Positions 39,087 through 48,096 of a stretch of 64,000 nt of DNA are shown piece by piece. Position numbers and translations under genes: made by a program. Within the stretch, counting starts at the first letter, position 1, and the number at the start of each line of letters is the position of its first letter. The DNA is taken from the NCBI GenBank assembly GCA_020846695.1, contig JADLDM010000187.1, positions 1,010 through 65,009 on the forward strand, read 5' to 3'. This stretch comes from a bacterium (lineage in GTDB: Bacteria; Electryoneota; RPQS01). The notes under the pieces were generated by a model. It saw nothing but the letters and a program-made list of their open reading frames with translations, did no database searches and was not told the DNA's origin.

Positions 39087-41264
39087 ATGACTACTCTGAT
39101 CAAGCCTCAAACTCGCGCGAGCGAACCCGCTCCAATTAGTGCGAAGGATGAACTTCGCACCTTTTTTGAACCCAAATCCATCGCCGTCGTCGGCGCAAGC
39201 CGTCAGCCCGGAACCATTGGCCGTGATATGCTGAAGAAGATTCTTGACTTCGGCTTCAATGGCATCGTTTATCCCGTCAATCCTTCCGCGCGATTCGTGA
39301 ACTCGATTCGCTCCTACCGCAATGTGCTCGAAATTCCCGACTCCGTTGAGATGGCCGTCATTTGCGTGCCCAAGCATCTCGCGCTGCAAGCAATTGACGA
39401 CTGCGGAAGAAAGGACATCAAGTCCATCATTATGATTACGGCGGGATTTTCTGAGACAGGACCTGCCGGAGCGGAACTTGAAAAATTGCTCTTTGAGAAA
39501 GTTCGCTCATATCGCATGAGAATGATCGGCCCCAATTGCATGGGCGTGATCAACACGGACCCTGAAGTGCGCATGGATGCGACCTTCGCCGGCCCGAAAC
39601 CCGTGCCGGGGAATATCGGATTTCTTTCGCAAAGCGGCGCGCTTGGTGTAGCAATTCTTGAGCGCACTGCGGGAATGCAGCTCGGACTTTCTTCCTTTGT
39701 TAGTCTGGGAAATCGCACGGACGTCTCCGTGGACGACGTGTTAGCCCATTGGAAGGATGATCCGCGCACGGACCTCGCGCTGCTCTATATTGAGAGCTTC
39801 GGAAATGCTACGCGCTTCATTCAAGTTGCGCGAGAAATGGTCAAGACTAAGCCGATTATCGCAGTGAAGGCGGGACGCACCGGAGCAGGCGCGCGCGCGG
39901 CAAGTTCGCACACCGCAAGCCTCGCCGCAACCGACGTGGCCGTGGATGCAATCTTTGAATCAGCCGGCGTGATCCGTGTTGATACGGTTGAGAAACTCTT
40001 CGATTATGCGCAAGCCTTCGCCACACAGCCACTTCCTAAGGGTAAGCGTGTCGGCGTGATGTCCAACGGCGGCGGTCCGGCAATTCTCGCGACTGATGCC
40101 GTCGAAGGAAACGGTCTCATCATGGCCGAGTTCGCGGAAGAGACGACGATTGAAATGAAGAAAGTGCTGGCCGACTTAGCCAGCGCGCGCAATCCCGTGG
40201 ATATGGTTTCCGGCGCGGGCTTTTCGCATTTCGAGCGCGTGGTCGAGCTTCTGATGAATGATCCAAATACCGATGCCGTGATCGCACTGTTTGTGCAGCC
40301 GATCACATCCAACTCGCGTGAAGTTGCGGATGCAATTGCCCGCGCCTACAAGAAAAATATGCACGTCGGAAAGCCCGTGCTTGTCTGTTTCATGACGCGT
40401 GACGGAGATACGCAAGGCACTCCCGTCCTGCGCGAAGCCGGTCTGCCGGTGTATGTCTTCCCGGAATCCGCCGTGCAGTCGCTCGCCGCGATGGATCACT
40501 ATCGCGAAATCCGAGAGAGACCGACGGGAACAGTGCGCATGTTTGACGACGTGGACAAGAAGAAGGTCGCGCAGATTATTTCCGAAGCGCTTGCCTCGGG
40601 TCAGAAGCAACTCCCCACTGAAAAGGTGGTCGAGATTCTGCGCGCTTATAGATTCCCCACGCTGCGAGTGCACAAGGTTGACTCGCGTAGCGCGCTTGCG
40701 AAGACCGCAAATGAAATCGGTTATCCGCTGGTAATGAAGATCGTCGCGGAGGGGATCACGCATAAGTCTGACGTCGGCGGAGTCCGTCTGAATCTTCGCG
40801 ATGCGCAGGAAGTCGAGCTTGCATGGGATGAAATCGCAGCGGCAATTATGAGGCTCCCGCAGAAAGTTGACTCGTGGAGCGTGACGCTCGAACCGATGAT
40901 CTCCGGCGGACGCGAACTCGTGATGGGGATTCACTCCGAGCCGCTGTTCGGGCCATTGGTGATGGTGGGAATGGGCGGAATCTATGTCGAAGTTCTGAAA
41001 GACGTCGCCTTCCGTTTGACTCCGATTACCGACACGGATATTGATCACATGTTAAAGAGTCTGCGCGGTTATCCGATTCTTTCGGGCGTGCGCGGCGAGC
41101 CTTCGATTGCTTTCGATTTCGTGTATGATATGCTCGCGCGGCTTTCTCAACTCGCGCGGGACTTCCCGCAGATCAAGGAACTCGACATCAATCCGCTGCT
41201 GACCTTCCCCGCCGCCGAGGATTGCGTGGTCGTGGACGCTCGCATGGGGCTTGAGGCAAAATAG
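39087..41264 (+). CDS. Acetate/acyl-CoA ligase (NDP-forming), fused alpha-beta
   Basis: PKSIAVVGAS, IGPNCMG, SQSGALG, AASSHTASLA (phospho-His), HKSDVGGV and ELDINPL motifs. Confidence 0.9.
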   Translation: MTTLIKPQTRASEPAPISAKDELRTFFEPKSIAVVGASRQPGTIGRDMLKKILDFGFNGIVYPVNPSARFVNSIRSYRNVLEIPDSVEMAVICVPKHLALQAIDDCGRKDIKSIIMITAGFSETGPAGAELEKLLFEKVRSYRMRMIGPNCMGVINTDPEVRMDATFAGPKPVPGNIGFLSQSGALGVAILERTAGMQLGLSSFVSLGNRTDVSVDDVLAHWKDDPRTDLALLYIESFGNATRFIQVAREMVKTKPIIAVKAGRTGAGARAASSHTASLAATDVAVDAIFESAGVIRVDTVEKLFDYAQAFATQPLPKGKRVGVMSNGGGPAILATDAVEGNGLIMAEFAEETTIEMKKVLADLASARNPVDMVSGAGFSHFERVVELLMNDPNTDAVIALFVQPITSNSREVADAIARAYKKNMHVGKPVLVCFMTRDGDTQGTPVLREAGLPVYVFPESAVQSLAAMDHYREIRERPTGTVRMFDDVDKKKVAQIISEALASGQKQLPTEKVVEILRAYRFPTLRVHKVDSRSALAKTANEIGYPLVMKIVAEGITHKSDVGGVRLNLRDAQEVELAWDEIAAAIMRLPQKVDSWSVTLEPMISGGRELVMGIHSEPLFGPLVMVGMGGIYVEVLKDVAFRLTPITDTDIDHMLKSLRGYPILSGVRGEPSIAFDFVYDMLARLSQLARDFPQIKELDINPLLTFPAAEDCVVVDARMGLEAK

Positions 41265-41286
41265 TTTCTTGATGGGCGCCGGGGCC

Positions 41287-41315
41287 TTGTGATTGCGCGA
41301 GTGCGGCCTTATATT
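41287..41315 (+). promoter_or_regulatory. Sigma70-like promoter
   Basis: TTGTGA-17 nt-TATATT upstream of the CapA-family gene. Confidence 0.5.
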
Positions 41316-41338
41316 AGGGCAACAAGTGAGGTGTGTTT

Positions 41339-44257
41339 ATGAAGCGCTATTGTCTTCTTCTGCTTTGTATTTTCAGCGGCGCATTTGCAATCGAGAAATC
41401 GCTTGACCCGCCCCGCGCTCCGCAATCTCGACACGAGGGCGGCGCACTCGACGAGCAGCCCGTTACCAGCCTTACGATTCAGCGGGATACTGTGAAGTGC
41501 ATTCTTCGCTGGCAACCTCCGGAGGGTCAACACTACTGGGTCGTCACCGCGAGTTCATCGGCAGCGATGACTGTTGCCGACACTCTCGGCATTACACCCG
41601 ACACTTTTTTTGTGGTCTCTGACGCGCTGGGCTTCCCCTCAGCGCGTTTCTTTATGGTCTCGGGAATTGATCTGCCTCAGCCGGTTGACACGGTGCTTAC
41701 GATTGAGAATTTTGAAAATGAGCCGACGCTGATGAGTATCGCCGGTGAAGACGATGAACCCAGTGACTACGAGTTCATAGATACCGATGCCTACGGCGGC
41801 ACGGTGCACTCGCTAAGACTGTTTGGGAACACATGGAAGCGCGAGACGATTGCACCGCGACAGGTTGAATTCAACTCGCAGTGGAGTTTCGGCTGCAAGC
41901 TGATTACGCGCGGAGAAGTTCAGGCCATCGGTTTCGCCGACTCGGCCAATTATCTCTACTACATCATTTGGGGCAAAGAGGCTCCGCAGTCGCTCTACTG
42001 GATCACTACCTACGAGGGCTTCTTTGACGACGACGTGTGGACGCGCGTGGATCTTCCAATCGGAGAGGATTGGGTCGGGCGATTTGGATATGAACCGCGC
42101 ATCACTGAGCTTCGCTATGTGAACGATAACGACACGACAATTCAAAACGGCGAGTGGCTGATTGACGAGATCGTGGATGTAACCAACGGACTGAAAGATG
42201 ATCCGACCGCCGCCTTCGAGTGGACGTGGATTGCCGATCCGCATCCCGATAGTATGCAGATTTCCTTTCACTCCATGAGTTATGATCTTGATAGTCCCGC
42301 GCTTTCTCATCGCTGGAGTTTCGGCGACGGCGCATTTTCCTACGAGGTCAATCCTACGCACACCTATCTCGGCAATTCGCAATATACCGTCACGCTCACG
42401 GTCAGCGATAGCGACGGCGGCGAAGCGTGGACCGGGGTGATGATTTTTGATTCGGTAGTCACGCAGCGGCGCAACATGTGGATGGCGTTTACGGGTGACG
42501 TGATGATCGGCAGAGGCTACGAAAATAGCGGTGGGATTATTGACACTTGGGGTGTGGACACAATCTTCACCGGGACGAAGCGCCTGCTTGAGTCGGCGGA
42601 TATTGCATCAATCAACCTTGAAGTGCCGTTGACGACCGCCACCACCGCGCATCCGACTAAGGGGATTGTGATGAAAGCCAATCCCAACAGCGTGAGCGGA
42701 TTGGTCAACGCGGGAATTGACTTTGCAACGTTGGCCAACAATCACGCTTACGACTATCTTGATGCGGGACTGCTTCAAACGCTGCATGTTCTGGACAGCG
42801 TGGGGATTGTGAACAACGGCTCCAACATGACGGACTTGCTTGCAAGGAGGCCGGAATTTGTTTCGGGGAACGGACTCTCGGTCGCGATGCTTTCGATGTC
42901 TGATCGCACCGGCTCATATAATAATGTGCAGCCGTTCCTCGATGCGGGCCGCTCGCGCCCAGGATTTGCCATGTGGAATCGCAGCGCGATTGAGGCAACT
43001 GTTCCGCAGGCCGATACGCTGGCAGATTTTACCGTCCTGAACATCCACTCGGGAAGCGAGTATTCGCTTTCACCAATTTTGAGCCAACCCGCCGCACTCG
43101 ATCCGCTCGGCGATGAGGACATGCTCTTTGAGTTGATTCCTGATACGCTCGAACGTCAGCTTCGGCAGTATTCGATTGATCTCGGCGCGGACATTGTGAT
43201 CTGCCATCATCCGCACATCATGCAGGGCTTCGAAGTTCACGCGGGCAAGTTGATTGCGCACAGCCTCGGCAACTACGTGTTCGATCTGAATTATGCCGAG
43301 ACGATGCCGACCGTGATTGTGCGCGCGCACTTCGACGAGTGGGACGGAGTTGATTCGGCTTACGTCTATCCGGTCTATATTGATCGTTGGATTCCGCGAC
43401 AAGCAAGGGGCGCATTGGCGCGCAACATGCTGGACTATGAGTCCGAGATGTCGCGCAGATTGGATACGTGGCTTCTGCGCGCACCGGGCGCCGACAGCGC
43501 CGAAGTGATTTGGGACACGACAACCGTTGCGCTCCTGGATTCGCAGTGGACGGACACGCTCACGCTTTCACAGAGCGGTGCGACTTGGTTTTCACTTCCC
43601 ACCAAACTGCGCGGTGAAGGCTACATGGTTTTGGCGGAAGTGCTCGAGCCTGCGGGATGCGAGGTTCGTTTTGGACGTGAGAAGATGTGGTTTGGGAATA
43701 TGGAGGATGAGGGCTGTAACGGCTGGCTCTTGAACAGCGCTGATGAGGGTTATTTCGCGGACAGCGTTCATAGCGGGTTGCGCAGTATTCGCTTGCGGCG
43801 CGCCTTCAATCAACCGGGCAACGTCGTAACGAATAATGAGCATCGCATTCCGATCAATACGTCCCTTGAGCACTCGCTGAGCGGCTGGCTGATGACACAA
43901 GGCGCGGGCGATTGCTCCTATCAAGTGCAATTTTGGAATGCGCGCTCGGGCGGAACTAATCTCGGGCAGGTGAATATCGGCGCCGTATTGACCGGCAACA
44001 ACTCGTGGACCTATCGCCATGATGCGCTCGCGTTTCCCGGCGGCACTTCGTTTCTTGTGATTCGCGCTTCGCTCAACAATCCGACAACCGGAACAGGTTA
44101 CGCATGGTTTGATGATACTGCGCTAATCGAGTGGCAGCCGTGGCACGCCGCTCCTGATTCCGCAGGGTTTCCGAATGACTATCACTTTCTCCAAGTCCGC
44201 AGCTCCACCGCGCAAACCCAAGCCGTTATTCGTTACACGACGAGGTGCGGAGAGTAG
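41339..44257 (+). CDS. Secreted CapA-family metallophosphoesterase-like protein with PKD and carbohydrate-binding-like domains
   Basis: GDVMIGR, NLE.PLT, LANNHAYDY, HSGSEY, HHPHIMQG and SLGNYVFD motifs; PKD motif WSFGDG..NPTHTY..YTVTLTV. Confidence 0.83.
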   Translation: MKRYCLLLLCIFSGAFAIEKSLDPPRAPQSRHEGGALDEQPVTSLTIQRDTVKCILRWQPPEGQHYWVVTASSSAAMTVADTLGITPDTFFVVSDALGFPSARFFMVSGIDLPQPVDTVLTIENFENEPTLMSIAGEDDEPSDYEFIDTDAYGGTVHSLRLFGNTWKRETIAPRQVEFNSQWSFGCKLITRGEVQAIGFADSANYLYYIIWGKEAPQSLYWITTYEGFFDDDVWTRVDLPIGEDWVGRFGYEPRITELRYVNDNDTTIQNGEWLIDEIVDVTNGLKDDPTAAFEWTWIADPHPDSMQISFHSMSYDLDSPALSHRWSFGDGAFSYEVNPTHTYLGNSQYTVTLTVSDSDGGEAWTGVMIFDSVVTQRRNMWMAFTGDVMIGRGYENSGGIIDTWGVDTIFTGTKRLLESADIASINLEVPLTTATTAHPTKGIVMKANPNSVSGLVNAGIDFATLANNHAYDYLDAGLLQTLHVLDSVGIVNNGSNMTDLLARRPEFVSGNGLSVAMLSMSDRTGSYNNVQPFLDAGRSRPGFAMWNRSAIEATVPQADTLADFTVLNIHSGSEYSLSPILSQPAALDPLGDEDMLFELIPDTLERQLRQYSIDLGADIVICHHPHIMQGFEVHAGKLIAHSLGNYVFDLNYAETMPTVIVRAHFDEWDGVDSAYVYPVYIDRWIPRQARGALARNMLDYESEMSRRLDTWLLRAPGADSAEVIWDTTTVALLDSQWTDTLTLSQSGATWFSLPTKLRGEGYMVLAEVLEPAGCEVRFGREKMWFGNMEDEGCNGWLLNSADEGYFADSVHSGLRSIRLRRAFNQPGNVVTNNEHRIPINTSLEHSLSGWLMTQGAGDCSYQVQFWNARSGGTNLGQVNIGAVLTGNNSWTYRHDALAFPGGTSFLVIRASLNNPTTGTGYAWFDDTALIEWQPWHAAPDSAGFPNDYHFLQVRSSTAQTQAVIRYTTRCGE

Positions 44258-44419
44258 GAGAAGGTGGCGGGATTCGTTTGTGTTAGCGATTTGTATGTGA
44301 CCTCGGAAGATAGAGGCTTGGCCTCTGATTGGTCGGAAAAGTGTTCGCGAGTGCCGTTGTATCGTCGTAAACCCCCGATACTCGGGAAGGTGGTTTTTTC
44401 GCAACATGGCAGATTTCTC

Positions 44420-44451
44420 TTGACAAATAGGGGGGGGGGGGTCATTATATT
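44420..44451 (+). promoter_or_regulatory. Sigma70 promoter with a G12 tract in the -35/-10 spacer
   Basis: TTGACA-AATA-G12-TCAT-TATATT. Confidence 0.7.
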
Positions 44452-44512
44452 ATAGCAACCTCCTTGGCCAAGGGGAAATCAGGTGGGAGAAATCTAAACA
44501 AAGGAGATTGCC

Positions 44513-44908
44513 ATGAAGAAGAGACCGGTACTGCCAATCAAGTCGGCGCTTCGCGTCGCAATTTTGTGTGCATTTGCTGGCACAGCGAGTGCACTATTAG
44601 TTAGTCACACCCACACAATCAGCGACGATCCTAAGAACACGAATTTTACGGCGGTGTCCGGAGCGTACAAGCATGAGGCTCTTGCGCCTACGTCAGGAAG
44701 TGTTAATACGGTTATCTATGACGCGGACACCAACACCGTAAGTTTGCTGCATCCCTCGGACGGCATCTGTCAAGCCGCATCCATAATGCTGCTCTCGACT
44801 AACTATCGACTATACAGCACAGCTACGATCTCGGTAGGAATAGCAAGGGCCCGCGTGAGAGGCAACAGTGTTGCCCCGCCGCTGTGCGAAACCGGCAGCG
44901 GGAACTGA
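44513..44908 (+). CDS. Hypothetical secreted protein
   Basis: SD AAGGAG, signal-like N-terminus; no family recognised. Confidence 0.6.
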   Translation: MKKRPVLPIKSALRVAILCAFAGTASALLVSHTHTISDDPKNTNFTAVSGAYKHEALAPTSGSVNTVIYDADTNTVSLLHPSDGICQAASIMLLSTNYRLYSTATISVGIARARVRGNSVAPPLCETGSGN

Positions 44909-44909
44909 A

Positions 44910-46568
44910 TTGACTCGCATCCAGTATTTCAAATTGTTCTTCTTGCACGCTCCTGCAGTAATTGTCGGTGCTCTGTGGTGCGAGCAGAGCCTTGCTGCAA
45001 CTGCCTTTGTGGAGTCAGGACAGAGCATACAAGTGAGTATTGACACTTTGTCTCCTGGTGACACGATCGTCGTCTCGCCGGGGTATTATGCGGAAACGCT
45101 ACAGCTGCATGATAGAAACTTGACCATTGCCAGTTTCTGGCTGCTTACCCGAGACACATCTTATCTATTGTCAACCGTTCTATCTCCATCTCCGGGTCTG
45201 CCAGACACAGGAACCTGTGTTGCGCTACAGTGTCCCCACTGCGACAGCTCCGTACTTGCAGGACTTACTCTTCGGGGCGGATACGGTGTATACTGGACAA
45301 CGGGACAGAGCACTGCCGGCGGCGCAGTCTTCGTGAGCGAAGGACGCCTACTTCTGGATCATTGTGTAGTGGATTCGTCAACCGCTGCATTTGGGGGTGG
45401 TGTGGCTGTGGTCGCAGATGACAGCACAAGTGCCGCGCAACTTACCCTACACGCGACTACAATTCGAAACTGCCTTGCCACTTCTTGGGGTGGTGGACTC
45501 TATTCCATTCGCTCCACATTGATCGTTGACTCCAGTCTGTTTGCAGAGAACTCAGCAGATCTCGGAGGAGGAGGACTTATTGCTTTTCAGTCAGAAATTG
45601 GAATTACGGAGTGCAGTTTCTTGGATAACCTTGGCATTGAAGCAGGGATCGAGCTTAATGCGTGCCGAGGCACTTTATTTGGCTGCCTGTTTCAAGGCAA
45701 CACCGCATTTTCAAATTCTGAATCTTGTGATATTCTGTGTGCAAACTCGTCCGTAGCGTGTACTGGTTGCAGCTTCTTGGGCCTGACGACCTCTGGTTCC
45801 AGAGTCGTGCTTTGTTGCGATCATGTTGCTGAAGTAGAGTTCAGCAGAAACATACTACTGGGATGCGCAGGATCACGGGACCCTGTGCTGCTCTTGGCAG
45901 GAGTGCAGGGAAACATTAGCCATAATGTCTTTCACAGCATTAGCGGTTCAAGAGCGACCATTTACGGATTCCAGGCAACGACAATGAGGATTCATCATAA
46001 TGTCTTCGCAAGTATTTATAACGACAATCCGGTTCTCCGCACTGGTCCCAATTTTCATGGTTCGCTCGACTCAAATTGGATCGAAGGCAACAGTGGCGAC
46101 TGTTTTTTTGATGCAATCCCCCCTGCCGACTCCATCCATGCAGAAAACAACTGGTGGGGTGATGTGAGTGGCCCGTATCATTCTGCGCTCAACCCTAATG
46201 GACTCGGCGATACGCTTGGGTATGGTCTTGTGGACTTTGTTCCTTGGTTGACCTCTCCGCCTGACACGTCATGGTCTGTTGTAAGCCCGACTCGCCCGCA
46301 CATTCCCTCGACGTGGGCGCTGTTGAATGTCTTTCCCAATCCTTTCAATTCGGAAATCCGAATCGAAATTGCCGGGTTTGCGCGGAATGGCTTCTCCATC
46401 AAGCTGTATAATCTTCTCGGAAGAGAGGTGGCGGTTCTTCATGATGGACCGCTCACGGGAAACTCCTTGAGCTTTGTGGCTCCTCCGGGCCTTGCGAGCG
46501 GTGTCTATCTGCTCAGAGCATCAGACAAGACATCCTCCAGCACAAGGAAAGTTATCTTGCTGAAGTGA
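44910..46568 (+). CDS. Right-handed beta-helix repeat protein with T9SS type-A C-terminal domain
   Basis: SIQ..ID...GDTIVVSPGYY, GGA/GGG..F.EN repeats, AENNWWGDVSGP and FPNPFN...RKVILLK. Start (TTG 44910) uncertain. Confidence 0.78.
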   Translation: MTRIQYFKLFFLHAPAVIVGALWCEQSLAATAFVESGQSIQVSIDTLSPGDTIVVSPGYYAETLQLHDRNLTIASFWLLTRDTSYLLSTVLSPSPGLPDTGTCVALQCPHCDSSVLAGLTLRGGYGVYWTTGQSTAGGAVFVSEGRLLLDHCVVDSSTAAFGGGVAVVADDSTSAAQLTLHATTIRNCLATSWGGGLYSIRSTLIVDSSLFAENSADLGGGGLIAFQSEIGITECSFLDNLGIEAGIELNACRGTLFGCLFQGNTAFSNSESCDILCANSSVACTGCSFLGLTTSGSRVVLCCDHVAEVEFSRNILLGCAGSRDPVLLLAGVQGNISHNVFHSISGSRATIYGFQATTMRIHHNVFASIYNDNPVLRTGPNFHGSLDSNWIEGNSGDCFFDAIPPADSIHAENNWWGDVSGPYHSALNPNGLGDTLGYGLVDFVPWLTSPPDTSWSVVSPTRPHIPSTWALLNVFPNPFNSEIRIEIAGFARNGFSIKLYNLLGREVAVLHDGPLTGNSLSFVAPPGLASGVYLLRASDKTSSSTRKVILLK

Positions 46569-46678
46569 AGCGAAGAGTGCCAATCCCATCAATTCACATG
46601 ACATCAACGCCCGACGATTTCTCGCCGGGCGTTCCTGTTCATCGTATGTCTTCCGTCAAGCCATACCGTTCTCAAACT

Positions 46679-47185
46679 CTAATTCGCGCAGGGGGCATTC
46701 CACAGCAGATTCCAGTGATCCTCCACGTCGCGCACCACCTTCCGCAGTTGACCCGAATCCATCGGCTTCAGAAAATATCCGGTCACGCCGTGCGAAATCG
46801 TGTAAGCCAAATCCGATTCATCTAATCCATCCGTAATCACGACGACCGGAATCGTCATCAGCTTGGGATCGGTGCGAATTTCATGCAGCACCTCAAACCC
46901 TTGCGCGCTGTCCATATTGATGTCAAGTAGAATCAGACCCGGCTTGGTCAACCCGTGATCCGCATCGAAGGGTCCGAAGCTCGCCGCGTGCCGGAGGTAG
47001 TGCAGCGCCTCCATGTGCGACCGCGCAACGACCATTCGATTGCCAAGCTTTGTCTCGTGAATCGCGTCTTCGACCATTTCTATGCCGTCGTCGCGATCCT
47101 CAATCAGAAGGATGTCCATCGGCACCCGCTGATCCTGCTGCATCCAGCCCGAAGTATTCATCGTATCTTCTCGTTCTAATCGCAT
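46679..47185 (-). CDS. Single-domain response regulator receiver (Rcp1-like)
   Basis: ILLIED, LILLDINM, IPVVVIT and FLKP motifs. Confidence 0.85.
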   Translation of the reverse strand: MRLEREDTMNTSGWMQQDQRVPMDILLIEDRDDGIEMVEDAIHETKLGNRMVVARSHMEALHYLRHAASFGPFDADHGLTKPGLILLDINMDSAQGFEVLHEIRTDPKLMTIPVVVITDGLDESDLAYTISHGVTGYFLKPMDSGQLRKVVRDVEDHWNLLWNAPCAN

Positions 47186-47221
47186 CGTCGTATTCCCTTA
47201 AGGCAAAGGGTGGACCGGAGC

Positions 47222-47262
47222 AAAAACAAATCGCCGCCGCAACCAAATGCGACGGCGATTTT
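47222..47262 (-). terminator. Intrinsic terminator
   Basis: Minus strand AAATCGCCGTCGCA-TTTGGT-TGCGGCGGCGATTT-GTTTTT. Confidence 0.78.
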
Positions 47263-47420
47263 CATTACAATAAGATGCTTACTTTTCTGACCCGCGGGTC
47301 ACTCTTCCAATTCTAATTCAAGCGGGAGTCGGGCGCGTTGAGTTCACACGACGCAGTGGCTGGAGGAAATCAACCTATAACATCTGCGCTTTGCACAATG
47401 CAATGCGCAATCATGCGAGG

Positions 47421-48068
47421 TTACACCGGCGTAGAATGATGCTTAGGCCGCACGTCCACCAGAGTAATCTGATAAACCGTTGTGCGTTCCCATGCGTGCA
47501 GCTTTCCGGCTTTTCGACAGAACGAACGAAACTGCGCGGGCCGCCAATGATTCACGTGACCCGGGTCTCCTCCGATTCCCAATTTCACCGAAAGCCACGT
47601 CAGCGTTCTGAAATACGGTTCAAGCGGAACGGACAGCAACAGCCAATGCTCTGCGACACGGTCGAGTTCGGCTAAGACTTTCTCAGGCTCGGGAAGATGC
47701 TCTAACACCTGCGAACAGAAAATCACGTCAAAGCTCTCGTCGAGAAAAGGAATTTCGTAGGCGCTCGCCGCAACCCAATTCGCTTCCGGTGATGCCTGAC
47801 GAGCGAACTCGACCGCTTCCGCGCTGAAATCAAATCCCGTCCACTTGCCTTTGTATCCGCGCTCCTTCATCGCGCGATAGACAATTCCTTCACCGCAACC
47901 CGCATCGAGAACATTCTTCGCTCCGGTGAATTCGAGCAGATGATACATGTGATCCAAGTAGAGTTCAAGATGCCGCTGATAGAGGCTGTTGTTGAACTCC
48001 CATTTGCGGTGATTATCCGACGTGTAGCCCTTCGGCTTCTCCTTGCGTGCGTGCTCAATTACCGGCAA
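47421..48068 (-). CDS. Class I SAM-dependent methyltransferase
   Basis: VLDAGCGEG, FDVIFCSQVLEHL and LLLSVP.EP..GHVNHW motifs. Confidence 0.87.
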   Translation of the reverse strand: MPVIEHARKEKPKGYTSDNHRKWEFNNSLYQRHLELYLDHMYHLLEFTGAKNVLDAGCGEGIVYRAMKERGYKGKWTGFDFSAEAVEFARQASPEANWVAASAYEIPFLDESFDVIFCSQVLEHLPEPEKVLAELDRVAEHWLLLSVPLEPYFRTLTWLSVKLGIGGDPGHVNHWRPAQFRSFCRKAGKLHAWERTTVYQITLVDVRPKHHSTPV

Positions 48069-48096
48069 TTTATTTCTCCATATCGTTTATCGCGCT

